Shown: positions 35,004 through 44,677 of the stretch, in pieces
Numbering within the stretch: the stretch's first letter is position 1
How the letters are laid out: each line of letters starts with the position of its first letter
Source of the DNA: Schmidtea nova
Taxonomy: Eukaryota
Assembly (NCBI GenBank): GCA_044892505.1
Contig: CM097882.1
Span: forward strand, 280,674,001-280,738,000
DNA: 64,000 nt
Direction of reading: 5' to 3'
The notes under the pieces: generated by a model
The model's database searches: none
What the model was told of the DNA's origin: nothing
Seen by the model: the letters and a program-made list of their open reading frames with translations, nothing else
Position numbers and translations under genes: made by a program

Positions 35004-36027
35004 GAAGGGTTTTGATATCCATGCCACTTTACGTAGTATTGTTTATCCTTACCCACTATTTTAGTTTTTAATATTTTTTGAATTCTAAATACAGTAGGCG
35101 GAGGAATAACTTGTAATTCTTGCTCGTAAAATTTCCCACTAACTACATTATTGTCAGAGTCAGAAATAACATACATGACAGGGTCTTGGCTAGTATTAAT
35201 TTTTGAGATCTGAAATACCTCATCACTCCAATTACTATCAAAATTTTTGATGAATGGCGAAGCGCTAATCTTGCTAATTCGAACATGATCACCAATTTTA
35301 TATTTCGGTTTCTTTATATTAGTTTTTAATTTGTGAGATCCAGTATTTTTCGTTGAAACATCAACAGGTCTCATTCCATTTATACCTTTGTGTGAGGAAT
35401 GATTATAACTATGTATTATTTTTGGCAGTACATTAATCCATGTTTTATTACCTTGATGCACAAAATACTTTTTCAAACGATCTCTTAATGTACGATTAAA
35501 TCGTTCAACATGGGCTGCTTTGAATTGAGAAAACACAGAGTAATGATTAATCCCGACCAAAACTTCTTTAACTTTACTATTGTAAAATTCTTTACCTAAA
35601 TTATAATTAAAAATGTATAGAATAAGTATATATTCTTACCCAAATCAGTTTGCAAATTTTTTGGACGACCTGATTTAAACATAGTTTTGATTGCAACAGC
35701 CATTTCATTTGCTGATTTAGTTTTAGTAGGAATAGCCCGAGCAAATCTATTGAAAACATCGATACATGTTAAAATATATTTATATCCCTTGTTAATATTT
35801 GAATATGGTATCATTTCCATCAAATCCATTTGCCACAAGTCATTAATGCCATATGTTTTATATGCTCTTGTTGGAAATCGTTTCAATGCCGGTTTGTTTA
35901 GACTGTATGCCAGTTGTTCCGATAACCATTTTTGAGTTTCTTTTTTCGAGTTTGGGACTTTTTTCTTTAGCTTTTCGACTCCACCGAAACCGGCGGGATC
36001 TTTTGGGTTTGTCCATATCTTCTCCAT
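34973..36027 (-). CDS. int: Retroviral-like DDE integrase with C-terminal chromodomain, two exons (36027-35640, 35595-34973), 336 aa
   Basis: WQMD, QTD, VERFNRT catalytic triad. A 44-nt GTAAGA...TTTAG intron joins two track ORFs into LQTDLGKEFYN. Chromodomain FRIQKIL...YYVKWHGY..SWI. Confidence 0.95.
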
Positions 36028-36094
36028 TACAACAAGAAGAATTAAAATTCAATTTAAGATTAGGTAAATGACCAATCGGTAATTGACCCATTGT

Positions 36095-36640
36095 TTATGA
36101 TTTTGAGGGGTTTCCTAGTAATCCTACACCACCTAATAAAGATAATGCTAATGGAAGCAATGCCGCAATAAACCCTCCGTGTTGTTTATATATTATTTTG
36201 CGCATTTGCTTTTTATTTTTAGTATTTACTAATGATAATAATGGTTTCTTGTGTTTGTTCAACACGTTTTTATTTGATTTACTGATATTAATTTTACCTT
36301 TGACAACTTTAACTATAACATCAAGTAAATCATCAATTACATAATTGGGAAATGATTGTAAAATATTCATTCTTCTAATGCTTGGAGCCTTGAGTAATGC
36401 ATTGAAAAATGGAAAACTGCGATGATTTTTAGATTTTTTACTTGCAGTTGTCTTTGGCATCTTTGATGTATCGGGTTTTGAATTGTGTGAAATTAGATTC
36501 ATTTTGGGAAAATTTTCGGTGATTAATTTTTTCGGAGGCGTGAAACTCGTTTTAGATGGAATTAGTGTTTCACGATTCTTTTTAATAACTTTTCTAAGTT
36601 TTGATATCTTTGGATGTTTGGATCGTGCTTTAAGTAACAT
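36095..36640 (-). CDS. Basic virion core protein with adenovirus pX/mu-like C-terminus
   Basis: Lys-rich 181 aa ending KQHGG-FIAALLPLALSLLGG, resembling the GG-hydrophobic helix tail of adenoviral pX. Confidence 0.7.
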   Translation of the reverse strand: MLLKARSKHPKISKLRKVIKKNRETLIPSKTSFTPPKKLITENFPKMNLISHNSKPDTSKMPKTTASKKSKNHRSFPFFNALLKAPSIRRMNILQSFPNYVIDDLLDVIVKVVKGKINISKSNKNVLNKHKKPLLSLVNTKNKKQMRKIIYKQHGGFIAALLPLALSLLGGVGLLGNPSKS

Positions 36641-36660
36641 GATTAATTTCTAACATAATT

Positions 36661-37284
36661 TTAACTTTGTTTATAAACCATTGCTCCTTCTTTGTTAAAA
36701 ATATCAGTTCTAACACGTAATTCATCACTACATTGTTGAGTAAAATCGAGAAAAATATATCCATGTGGGACTTTAGTTGCATCTTGAAATGCATTGATCA
36801 AGAAATTCCGATTATTAGGGTAAGCCTGTCTTGCAAGAAAATCGATAACGGTAGCATCTCTAGGATTTTTAAAAATAACTAGATATTGGACATTCAAATT
36901 TCGAGTTCGATGACTACCACCCTGATGAAATAAATTCTGAGTAATAAAAATAACTGTAACTCCTTTATGTCTAGCAATTTTTGTGAATAAATTATTGAAA
37001 TCCTTCTCTTTATTTGCTTCTTGATACAAATCATCAATAATAATTACATCACCACTTCGTAATCTAGACGACCAGTTTTTATCGAATCCTTTTATTATAG
37101 TCATTTTAATCTTACAGAATTGATCTTGAGTCATTCCATGCTCATCATCAGCTCCCCTATGCCAATAAATTTTGTTAAATTTTGATTTGAATAATTTTGA
37201 TTGTAATAATTTACAAACAAATAAAGTTTTTCCACTTCCACTTGGACCGACAATTTGATAAACTGCATCATTTCTTAACTCCAT
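36661..37284 (-). CDS. A32/FtsK-HerA-like genome packaging ATPase
   Basis: Walker A GPSGSGKT, Walker B VIIIDD, ARH, ITQN, KNPRD. First ATG is 37284 (the track start is TTG). Confidence 0.95.
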   Translation of the reverse strand: MELRNDAVYQIVGPSGSGKTLFVCKLLQSKLFKSKFNKIYWHRGADDEHGMTQDQFCKIKMTIIKGFDKNWSSRLRSGDVIIIDDLYQEANKEKDFNNLFTKIARHKGVTVIFITQNLFHQGGSHRTRNLNVQYLVIFKNPRDATVIDFLARQAYPNNRNFLINAFQDATKVPHGYIFLDFTQQCSDELRVRTDIFNKEGAMVYKQS

Positions 37285-37380
37285 TTTCAAAATATTAAGA
37301 GTTTATGGATATTGTTTATATTTGTTTTAATTAATTGATATACTTTTACAAAATATATTTAAAAAATAATCAGTCTTATA

Positions 37381-37851
37381 ATGTTAAGCAACATAAATTA
37401 CAAAGGAAAATGTTCTGTTTCTCATATGAAATTTCCAAATGGTAAGCCACAGCAGATTGTAGATAGGAAAGGTAAGTATCCTATAATATTTTTCAAGTCA
37501 GGTAAATGTAGAATAATGGGATGTAAACAACCTCTTAAAGATCAAGATTTATTATATGAAATAAGAGATTTACAAATACAATCGATTACAGTTACTACAG
37601 ATATTGGAAAATGTGTCAATTTACATGAATTGTCACAAAATCTCTCATGTTCTTATGAGCCAGAAATATTCCCGGCATTGAGATATATAAAGTATAATCC
37701 TTTATGTGTAAACGTATTCAACAGTGGTAAAGTTGTTATACTCGGTATAAAAACGTTAAACTATCATGATTTGGTAGAAGAAATAATTAACGATATCAAA
37801 TCGGTTATTGATGACGTAGAATTCTTGAAATTCTTGTTACTTGTTACGTAA
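37381..37851 (+). CDS. TATA-binding protein (TBP)-like protein
   Basis: Two TBP half-repeats: IIFFKSGKCRIMG, then IQSITVTTD...NLHEL...SYEPEIFPALRY...VNVFNSGKVVILG; 156 aa. Confidence 0.85.
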   Translation: MLSNINYKGKCSVSHMKFPNGKPQQIVDRKGKYPIIFFKSGKCRIMGCKQPLKDQDLLYEIRDLQIQSITVTTDIGKCVNLHELSQNLSCSYEPEIFPALRYIKYNPLCVNVFNSGKVVILGIKTLNYHDLVEEIINDIKSVIDDVEFLKFLLLVT

Positions 37852-37977
37852 TAAAATACAGGATTTTGATTGGTTGTTTGGAAAGAAATACTTCATTTTG
37901 ATTGGAAGACTGTGTGTACGAATTAACAGTATATATATCAACATCATTTTCATTACATTTATATCAACAGTAAAAAA

Positions 37978-38334
37978 ATGTCTCTTAATAAAACCAATGG
38001 TAAGGATTGATTTTTATTTTGAAATTTTTATTAATGAGTTCTTTTGTTTTTAGAAAAACTGATGGGCGTTCTGCTTGAAAAAATGGAGGATTTGTACCCG
38101 AAACTTATGCGTGAATTGGTTTACTGCGCTCCAGAGCTCCTTCCTTATAAAATATTAGCATTAACCGGAATTGATCTCAACAAGGTGTTGCTCGACCATC
38201 AGCATAATATAGAAGAAGAAGAATGCAGCGCCAGCATTATCTGTGCCTATAGATGCGATAGTTGCGTCAATAGGACTCAGAAATACCACAAATGGTTACT
38301 CCGAGAGGAGTTAAGAAACTTTTTAGGACAATAA
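37978..38334 (+). CDS. 100-aa Cys/His-containing hypothetical protein, two exons (37978-37999, 38054-38334)
   Basis: ATG in A-rich context. A 54-nt GTAAGG...TTTTTAG phase-1 intron joins in frame to track ORF 38044-38334. C-terminal C..C..C..C..H cluster. AATAAA overlaps the stop. Confidence 0.7.
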
Positions 38335-38485
38335 ATATTATTATAGTTAAAATGTCTTTTTATTGAGTGTTTTTATAAAGTATTTATTTTCTTAAAACGA
38401 GTTATGAAAGATGTTTTGTAGTTAAAATTAATTTTTATAAAATGTTGATGTTGAATATTTATAGAAAATAATTTTAGTAATAGTA

Positions 38486-38490
<5 letters not shown>

Positions 38491-38523
<33 letters not shown>
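38491..38523 (+). repeat. (AAT)11 microsatellite
   Basis: Direct reading; preceded by TAG/TAA variants. Confidence 0.85.
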
Positions 38524-38527
<4 letters not shown>

Positions 38528-38692
38528 GGATAGACAATAAAATTGCGATAGATATGTAAATAACTTACAACATATATAGAAAGAAATTGCAGTAGATAAT
38601 CATCAACATGTATACAAAGTCAATTATTAATACATAGCCAATTGATTAGCAAGACATGTGCAATTGATTTACAATACATGTGCAAGAATCTG

Positions 38693-38726
38693 ATTGGCTG
38701 CACACAGACGATGACGAGTATAAATA
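38693..38726 (+). promoter_or_regulatory. Pol II-type core promoter (reverse CCAAT + TATAAATA) of the right TIR gene
   Basis: ATTGG at 38693-38697, TATAAATA at 38719-38726, ATG at 38755; AATAAA about 40 nt after the stop. Confidence 0.6.
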
Positions 38727-38754
38727 AGAAAACAAAAATAGAATTGTTCATAAA

Positions 38755-39198
38755 ATGCAAAATCTTTTCAGTAAATTGAGTCCAATTAAAATGAAACCAG
38801 TTAGGAACGATAACAAATCAACTCAAAACAAATTTGATTTACGACCGGTTCAGATGTTTCACGATTACCAAATGTTTTTCTTGGTAAACGAAATCTCTTT
38901 CAAGGTCCCAAATCCGGTAAAGCTTTCGACTTCGCAATATTCCAACTTGATTGGTCAGATTTATAAAGAAGATGTTGTTGCAATCAATAAAGTGTTGACG
39001 AAAATCAACAAGAAATTATCTTGCAATGAAACTATATTCATCAACAACAGGAACACTGAATTTCATGATGCATTTCAATCAGTTGAATATACGGATAATG
39101 AAAATTGGTTTATTGATATATCCATCCAAGGATATAAAATCGATCCAAAAGAATCAATGTCTCCAATTTGGAAGATAAAAAGCGCAAGAATTGCATAG
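38755..39198 (+). CDS. 147-aa protein encoded within the right TIR (identical to 25241-25684)
   Basis: Identical translation; promoter and polyA signal present. Confidence 0.75.
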   Translation: MQNLFSKLSPIKMKPVRNDNKSTQNKFDLRPVQMFHDYQMFFLVNEISFKVPNPVKLSTSQYSNLIGQIYKEDVVAINKVLTKINKKLSCNETIFINNRNTEFHDAFQSVEYTDNENWFIDISIQGYKIDPKESMSPIWKIKSARIA

Positions 39199-39456
39199 TT
39201 GGAATAACATTGTTGTCATATATATGTGTATTTATTAATAAATGTTGATTAATTCTCACTTTGTGTTTTTGAAAAAATGTTTTGTAAAATTTTATGTTTT
39301 TTAAAAAATTTTAAGTTTTTTATGTTTTTGAATTTTTGACCTTAAAAATGTTAAAATTCCCTAAAAATTAGTCTTTGTTTCTTTGCATTCACTTTGCAAA
39401 GTCTTTGTTAATTTGCACGTGCATTGCTATATCTTTGTTAATATTTGTTTTTGTTG

Positions 39457-39660
39457 ATGAGTCATACTGATGAGTCATACTGATGAATCATACTGATGCG
39501 TCATATTGATGAGTCATACCAATGTGTCATATTGATGAGTCATACTGATGAGTCATGTAGATGAGTCATACCAATGAGTCATGTAGATGAGTCATACTGA
39601 TGCGTCATACTGATGAGTCATGTAAATGAGTCATGTAGATGAGTCATCCCAATGAGTCAT
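39457..39660 (-). promoter_or_regulatory. 13-bp tandem array of AP-1 sites (16 units, 12 perfect ATGAGTCAT)
   Basis: 13-bp period from 39457 to 39652; variants at 39483, 39496, 39522, 39600. Confidence 0.85.
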
Positions 39661-39973
39661 CCAAATAAATCTTACCTATGAGTCACTAAGAAAACCGTAC
39701 TTACATTCATATCCTTGTTTTGTACCCTTTGAAGGTTGAGCACCCACCATAGACCTTGGAAGGTATGACCATTGTGTGCACCCTTCAATTACCTTTTGTT
39801 TGATATGTATATTATAAGGTTTGAAAATGGTTGAAGGTTTTTGACCCTTGAAGGTTAAGGACCCACCATACACCTTCGAGGGTATGACCATTGTATAGAC
39901 CTCTCCAAGACCTTTCGAATGATACCCTTGTTTGAAAGTTTGACCTTATTTGACCCTTGGGAATTTAAATTTA

Positions 39974-40138
39974 AAATTTGAAATGAGTCATCGATGACGT
40001 CATAAAATTCAAATTTGAAATGAGTCATCGATGACGTCATAAAATTCAAATTTGAAATGAGTCATCGATGACGTCATAAAATTCAAATTTGAAATGAGTC
40101 ATCGATGACGTCATAAAATTCAAATTTGAAATGAGTCA
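39974..40138 (-). promoter_or_regulatory. 37-bp AP-1 + CRE tandem repeat (4 copies + partial)
   Basis: TCGATGACGTCATAAAATTCAAATTTGAAATGAGTCA at 39991, 40028, 40065, 40102. Confidence 0.8.
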
Positions 40139-40310
40139 TCGATGGTGTGTGTGTGTGTAAAAAAAATTTATGACTCATCGTGTGTGTAAAAAAAAAAAAA
40201 AAAAAATTATGGGGGGGGGTTGCAAAAAAAAATAGGGGGGGGGTATGTTCTTTGTTACGTCATCGATTACGTAATAGTTCTTTGATCCCGGCTCCTCATG
40301 TCTTCCTACT

Positions 40311-40316
40311 AATATT
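40311..40316. repeat. Target-site duplication, right copy (AATATT)
   Basis: CCTACT-AATATT-TTCACCAG. Confidence 0.97.
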
Positions 40317-40378
40317 TTCACCAGTATTATTTGTATTGGTAATTATATATTAAACATCTTTAAAAAAGTTGTATAACA

Positions 40379-41398
40379 ATGACAGTTCAAATGTGTAAAT
40401 TAGTAAATGATAGAAAACAAAACGCACGAAAACGCAAAGTAAGATATAATGTAGTGTCCGTTGACATCAAATACAGCCAAAAGGCATATGAAAATGTTTA
40501 TAACCCAGATAAAAAGAAACCCGTTTCTTTAATAAATCATGGGGTCAACTGTTACATGAATGCTGCTATCCAAAGCATTTTCTCTCCCCTACAAATAATT
40601 TACGAAAGAGAGAATAATATGACTATTCCCACTGACTGTGGAGCTTTGACTTTACTAAAGAATATAATGAACTCATATGAAAATGAAGAAAGATTTTCTA
40701 TTCGAGAATGCATTTCTAAATTTTCAAAGCTCGAGTATTTCGGTAGTCAATTGTCCTGGAATCAACAGGAAGATGCTCATGAGTTTCTGAATAGTTTTCT
40801 TGACAAGTTGTCTAAAGAATTAGGGCGGGTGTCGAAATCGTTCAAAATGCCTTTTGAGAGTGCACATGATTCTCGTTTCTATTGCGACAATTGTGGAAAG
40901 TCCAATACTTCAGAAGGTTCGAGTCTGGTAAAAGAGAAAGTTCTATTTGTGGATGTTGGAAAGAACATGAATGAAATGGTTGAGAAATCAACAAGTAACA
41001 AGGTCAATGGATTTAGTTGTGAAAATTGTGGAACAAAAGGTACAGCCAGTAACAAAACGGTCTTTTCAGAACTACCAGAATTTTTAATTATTTGCATCAA
41101 AAGATTTACCTATGCTTCGTATTATCAAAATGCAAAGAATTCAGAAAAAATTGAAATTGAAGAATATATTTCTGTTCCACTTCAACAAAACGACACAGTC
41201 AAACAAACACAGTATGAATTAATTTCAATAGTAAATCATCACGGAGGGCTTTTTGGGGGGCATTATAATAATTTTTTAAAACATCAGAACGTTTGGTACT
41301 CGGCAGACGATGAATCTGTAACTGAGGTTAGCTTAGATAAGGCCGTGAGCAGTTCTGAATGTTCATGTTATATACAAGTTTATGCAAGGAGAAACTAG
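40379..41398 (+). CDS. USP deubiquitinase, array copy 10 (upstream region replaced by the Polinton TIR)
   Basis: Protein identical to copy 1; Polinton end is 68 bp upstream of the ATG. Confidence 0.95.
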   Translation: MTVQMCKLVNDRKQNARKRKVRYNVVSVDIKYSQKAYENVYNPDKKKPVSLINHGVNCYMNAAIQSIFSPLQIIYERENNMTIPTDCGALTLLKNIMNSYENEERFSIRECISKFSKLEYFGSQLSWNQQEDAHEFLNSFLDKLSKELGRVSKSFKMPFESAHDSRFYCDNCGKSNTSEGSSLVKEKVLFVDVGKNMNEMVEKSTSNKVNGFSCENCGTKGTASNKTVFSELPEFLIICIKRFTYASYYQNAKNSEKIEIEEYISVPLQQNDTVKQTQYELISIVNHHGGLFGGHYNNFLKHQNVWYSADDESVTEVSLDKAVSSSECSCYIQVYARRN

Positions 41399-41991
41399 TG
41401 TAATTTATTTTATAATAATTATTAAAATTATGGGGTTTGTTTATATTTCAATTTATAATATCGATTTTATTATTGCAATTAATTTGTATGTATTTATCTA
41501 TAATTTACAAATAATAAATTATAAAAATATAATTTTTTCAAATTTATTTAAAGTAAATAATAAAATTAGTAATATTAACGCTGTTTGTATATTAATTATT
41601 AAATAAATGCTATTAATTGTATTTGTGTAAATTGGTTTCAATCTTTGCTTTTTTAACTTTTATTAGTATTTGAGAAATAGTAAATCTTTTCTGCAATTTT
41701 TTTATAATTGTTTCTTATTTAAATTGTACACTTTATTCTCTTAAAAATTATATTCACATTTCTAAAGTGCAATAATATTTTTAATCTATTAACAAACGAT
41801 GAATATTCTAGGCAATGCATTTTATTTGCTTAAAATATCTGATTTCAACAAATCAAATCATTCGATGAAAAACTATAAATACTGAATACTAACTTCAATT
41901 TGTCTTTATTAGTAAACTGAATTTGATTAAGACGAATAAACTGAAAACTTTGACTAGTGAAATTATATATTATTAATATATAATTTCTATA

Positions 41992-42031
<40 letters not shown>

Positions 42032-43024
42032 TATTTAAAAAGAATAATATTTTACTATTATTAATATATAATTATATTTTAACATTTGATTTGTTTAATG
42101 GACTTTTTAACTAAATGTTAATATTTTGATTGAATTATTATACGCATTGCACTAATTATAAATATCAATGAACTCAAAGTGCTTCAAAAGTAAGTAAACT
42201 TGGTTAATAGTGACTAGTAATATAATTACTGATAGATTCTTGTAGAGGATTTTATGCCGCGTCTGATGATGTGAAAATGAATTCGATAGGCCGTTTCAAT
42301 TGGTGGAAAAAGTGAAAATTTTGAAAAACAATAATTTCGTAATTATTTGCATGTTTTCTTGTAAAGTAGAATATTTCAAGTCAAACAAACTAGGTTTGGG
42401 TGAAATCTGTTGAGTAGATTGATGAGAAAATTAAAAAGAGTTAAAAGTGGTAATAGTCACAAATTTCATAATTCAATTTTCAGGCTTTATGATTTTCATC
42501 ACAAAACTCGAAATTTGATGAAAAATGATAAAATTTAGGAAACAATTTCATTTTATGTTTTTGCACCTTTGTGTGCACCTTAAATTAAATAATATTTAAG
42601 AGACTAAATATTTACCCTGAAAATAGTGTGCTGATAATTTATCATCAAAATACCTAAAATTACTACTAGTAAAACATAGATTTCACCCTTTCTTCACTTT
42701 TGAAATAAAATATCGATTTTGCACTGACAAATCAATATTATCCATAACTTGCATTTAAATTGCCACAAGTTCCATTTGAAAAAACGTTTAATAGCACAAA
42801 TTCGGCACTTTGTATGCGGTTCAGAAATCAGACCAAATTATATGGAAATAGATGTATGAAACGTTTAACTGCCTCTTTTCGTTTAATTATATTTTGATAT
42901 AATAATTATATTATTATTCCGTTAATAAACTAGTAATATTTCAAATAAATAAAAAGAATATTTTCACCAGTATTATTTGTATTGGTAATTATATATTAAA
43001 CATCTTTAAAAAAGTTGTATAACA

Positions 43025-44044
43025 ATGACAGTTCAAATGTGTAAATTAGTAAATGATAGAAAACAAAACGCACGAAAACGCAAAGTAAGATATAATGTAG
43101 TGTCCGTTGACATCAAATACAGCCAAAAGGCATATGAAAATGTTTATAACCCAGATAAAAAGAAACCCGTTTCTTTAATAAATCATGGGGTCAACTGTTA
43201 CATGAATGCTGCTATCCAAAGCATTTTCTCTCCCCTACAAATAATTTACGAAAGAGAGAATAATATGACTATTCCCACTGACTGTGGAGCTTTGACTTTA
43301 CTAAAGAATATAATGAACTCATATGAAAATGAAGAAAGATTTTCTATTCGAGAATGCATTTCTAAATTTTCAAAGCTCGAGTATTTCGGTAGTCAATTGT
43401 CCTGGAATCAACAGGAAGATGCTCATGAGTTTCTGAATAGTTTTCTTGACAAGTTGTCTAAAGAATTAGGGCGGGTGTCGAAATCGTTCAAAATGCCTTT
43501 TGAGAGTGCACATGATTCTCGTTTCTATTGCGACAATTGTGGAAAGTCCAATACTTCAGAAGGTTCGAGTCTGGTAAAAGAGAAAGTTCTATTTGTGGAT
43601 GTTGGAAAGAACATGAATGAAATGGTTGAGAAATCAACAAGTAACAAGGTCAATGGATTTAGTTGTGAAAATTGTGGAACAAAAGGTACAGCCAGTAACA
43701 AAACGGTCTTTTCAGAACTACCAGAATTTTTAATTATTTGCATCAAAAGATTTACCTATGCTTCGTATTATCAAAATGCAAAGAATTCAGAAAAAATTGA
43801 AATTGAAGAATATATTTCTGTTCCACTTCAACAAAACGACACAGTCAAACAAACACAGTATGAATTAATTTCAATAGTAAATCATCACGGAGGGCTTTTT
43901 GGGGGGCATTATAATAATTTTTTAAAACATCAGAACGTTTGGTACTCGGCAGACGATGAATCTGTAACTGAGGTTAGCTTAGATAAGGCCGTGAGCAGTT
44001 CTGAATGTTCATGTTATATACAAGTTTATGCAAGGAGAAACTAG
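43025..44044 (+). CDS. USP deubiquitinase, array copy 11
   Basis: Protein identical to copy 1. Confidence 0.95.
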   Translation: MTVQMCKLVNDRKQNARKRKVRYNVVSVDIKYSQKAYENVYNPDKKKPVSLINHGVNCYMNAAIQSIFSPLQIIYERENNMTIPTDCGALTLLKNIMNSYENEERFSIRECISKFSKLEYFGSQLSWNQQEDAHEFLNSFLDKLSKELGRVSKSFKMPFESAHDSRFYCDNCGKSNTSEGSSLVKEKVLFVDVGKNMNEMVEKSTSNKVNGFSCENCGTKGTASNKTVFSELPEFLIICIKRFTYASYYQNAKNSEKIEIEEYISVPLQQNDTVKQTQYELISIVNHHGGLFGGHYNNFLKHQNVWYSADDESVTEVSLDKAVSSSECSCYIQVYARRN

Positions 44045-44637
44045 TGTAATTTATTTTATAATAATTATTAAAATTATGGGGTTTGTTTATATTTCAATTT
44101 ATAATATCGATTTTATTATTGCAATTAATTTGTATGTATTTATCTATAATTTACAAATAATAAATTATAAAAATATAATTTTTTCAAATTTATTTAAAGT
44201 AAATAATAAAATTAGTAATATTAACGCTGTTTGTATATTAATTATTAAATAAATGCTATTAATTGTATTTGTGTAAATTGGTTTCAATCTTTGCTTTTTT
44301 AACTTTTATTAGTATTTGAGAAATAGTAAATCTTTTCTGCAATTTTTTTATAATTGTTTCTTATTTAAATTGTACACTTTATTCTCTTAAAAATTATATT
44401 CACATTTCTAAAGTGCAATAATATTTTTAATCTATTAACAAACGATGAATATTCTAGGCAATGCATTTTATTTGCTTAAAATATCTGATTTCAACAAATC
44501 AAATCATTCGATGAAAAACTATAAATACTGAATACTAACTTCAATTTGTCTTTATTAGTAAACTGAATTTGATTAAGACGAATAAACTGAAAACTTTGAC
44601 TAGTGAAATTATATATTATTAATATATAATTTCTATA

Positions 44638-44677
<40 letters not shown>

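Larger units (their letters stand above)
24069..40310. mobile_element. Complete Polinton/Maverick (endogenous polintovirus), 16,242 bp
   Basis: AGTAGG...CCTACT termini, 6-bp TSD, long TIRs, and the core gene set pPolB, c-integrase, ATPase, adenain-like protease, major and minor capsid proteins. Confidence 0.98.
38605..40310 (-). repeat. Right terminal inverted repeat (~1706 bp)
   Basis: Reverse complement of the left TIR with scattered substitutions and different array copy numbers. Confidence 0.95.

Noticed and set aside
35687-36091. Short ORFs overlapping integrase exon 1
   Set aside because: Overlap a conserved gene in other frames or strand; no independent support.
37841-38053. 70-aa ORF after the TBP-like gene
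   Set aside because: Starts at TTG and runs through the predicted intron; better explained by the spliced 37978-38334 gene.
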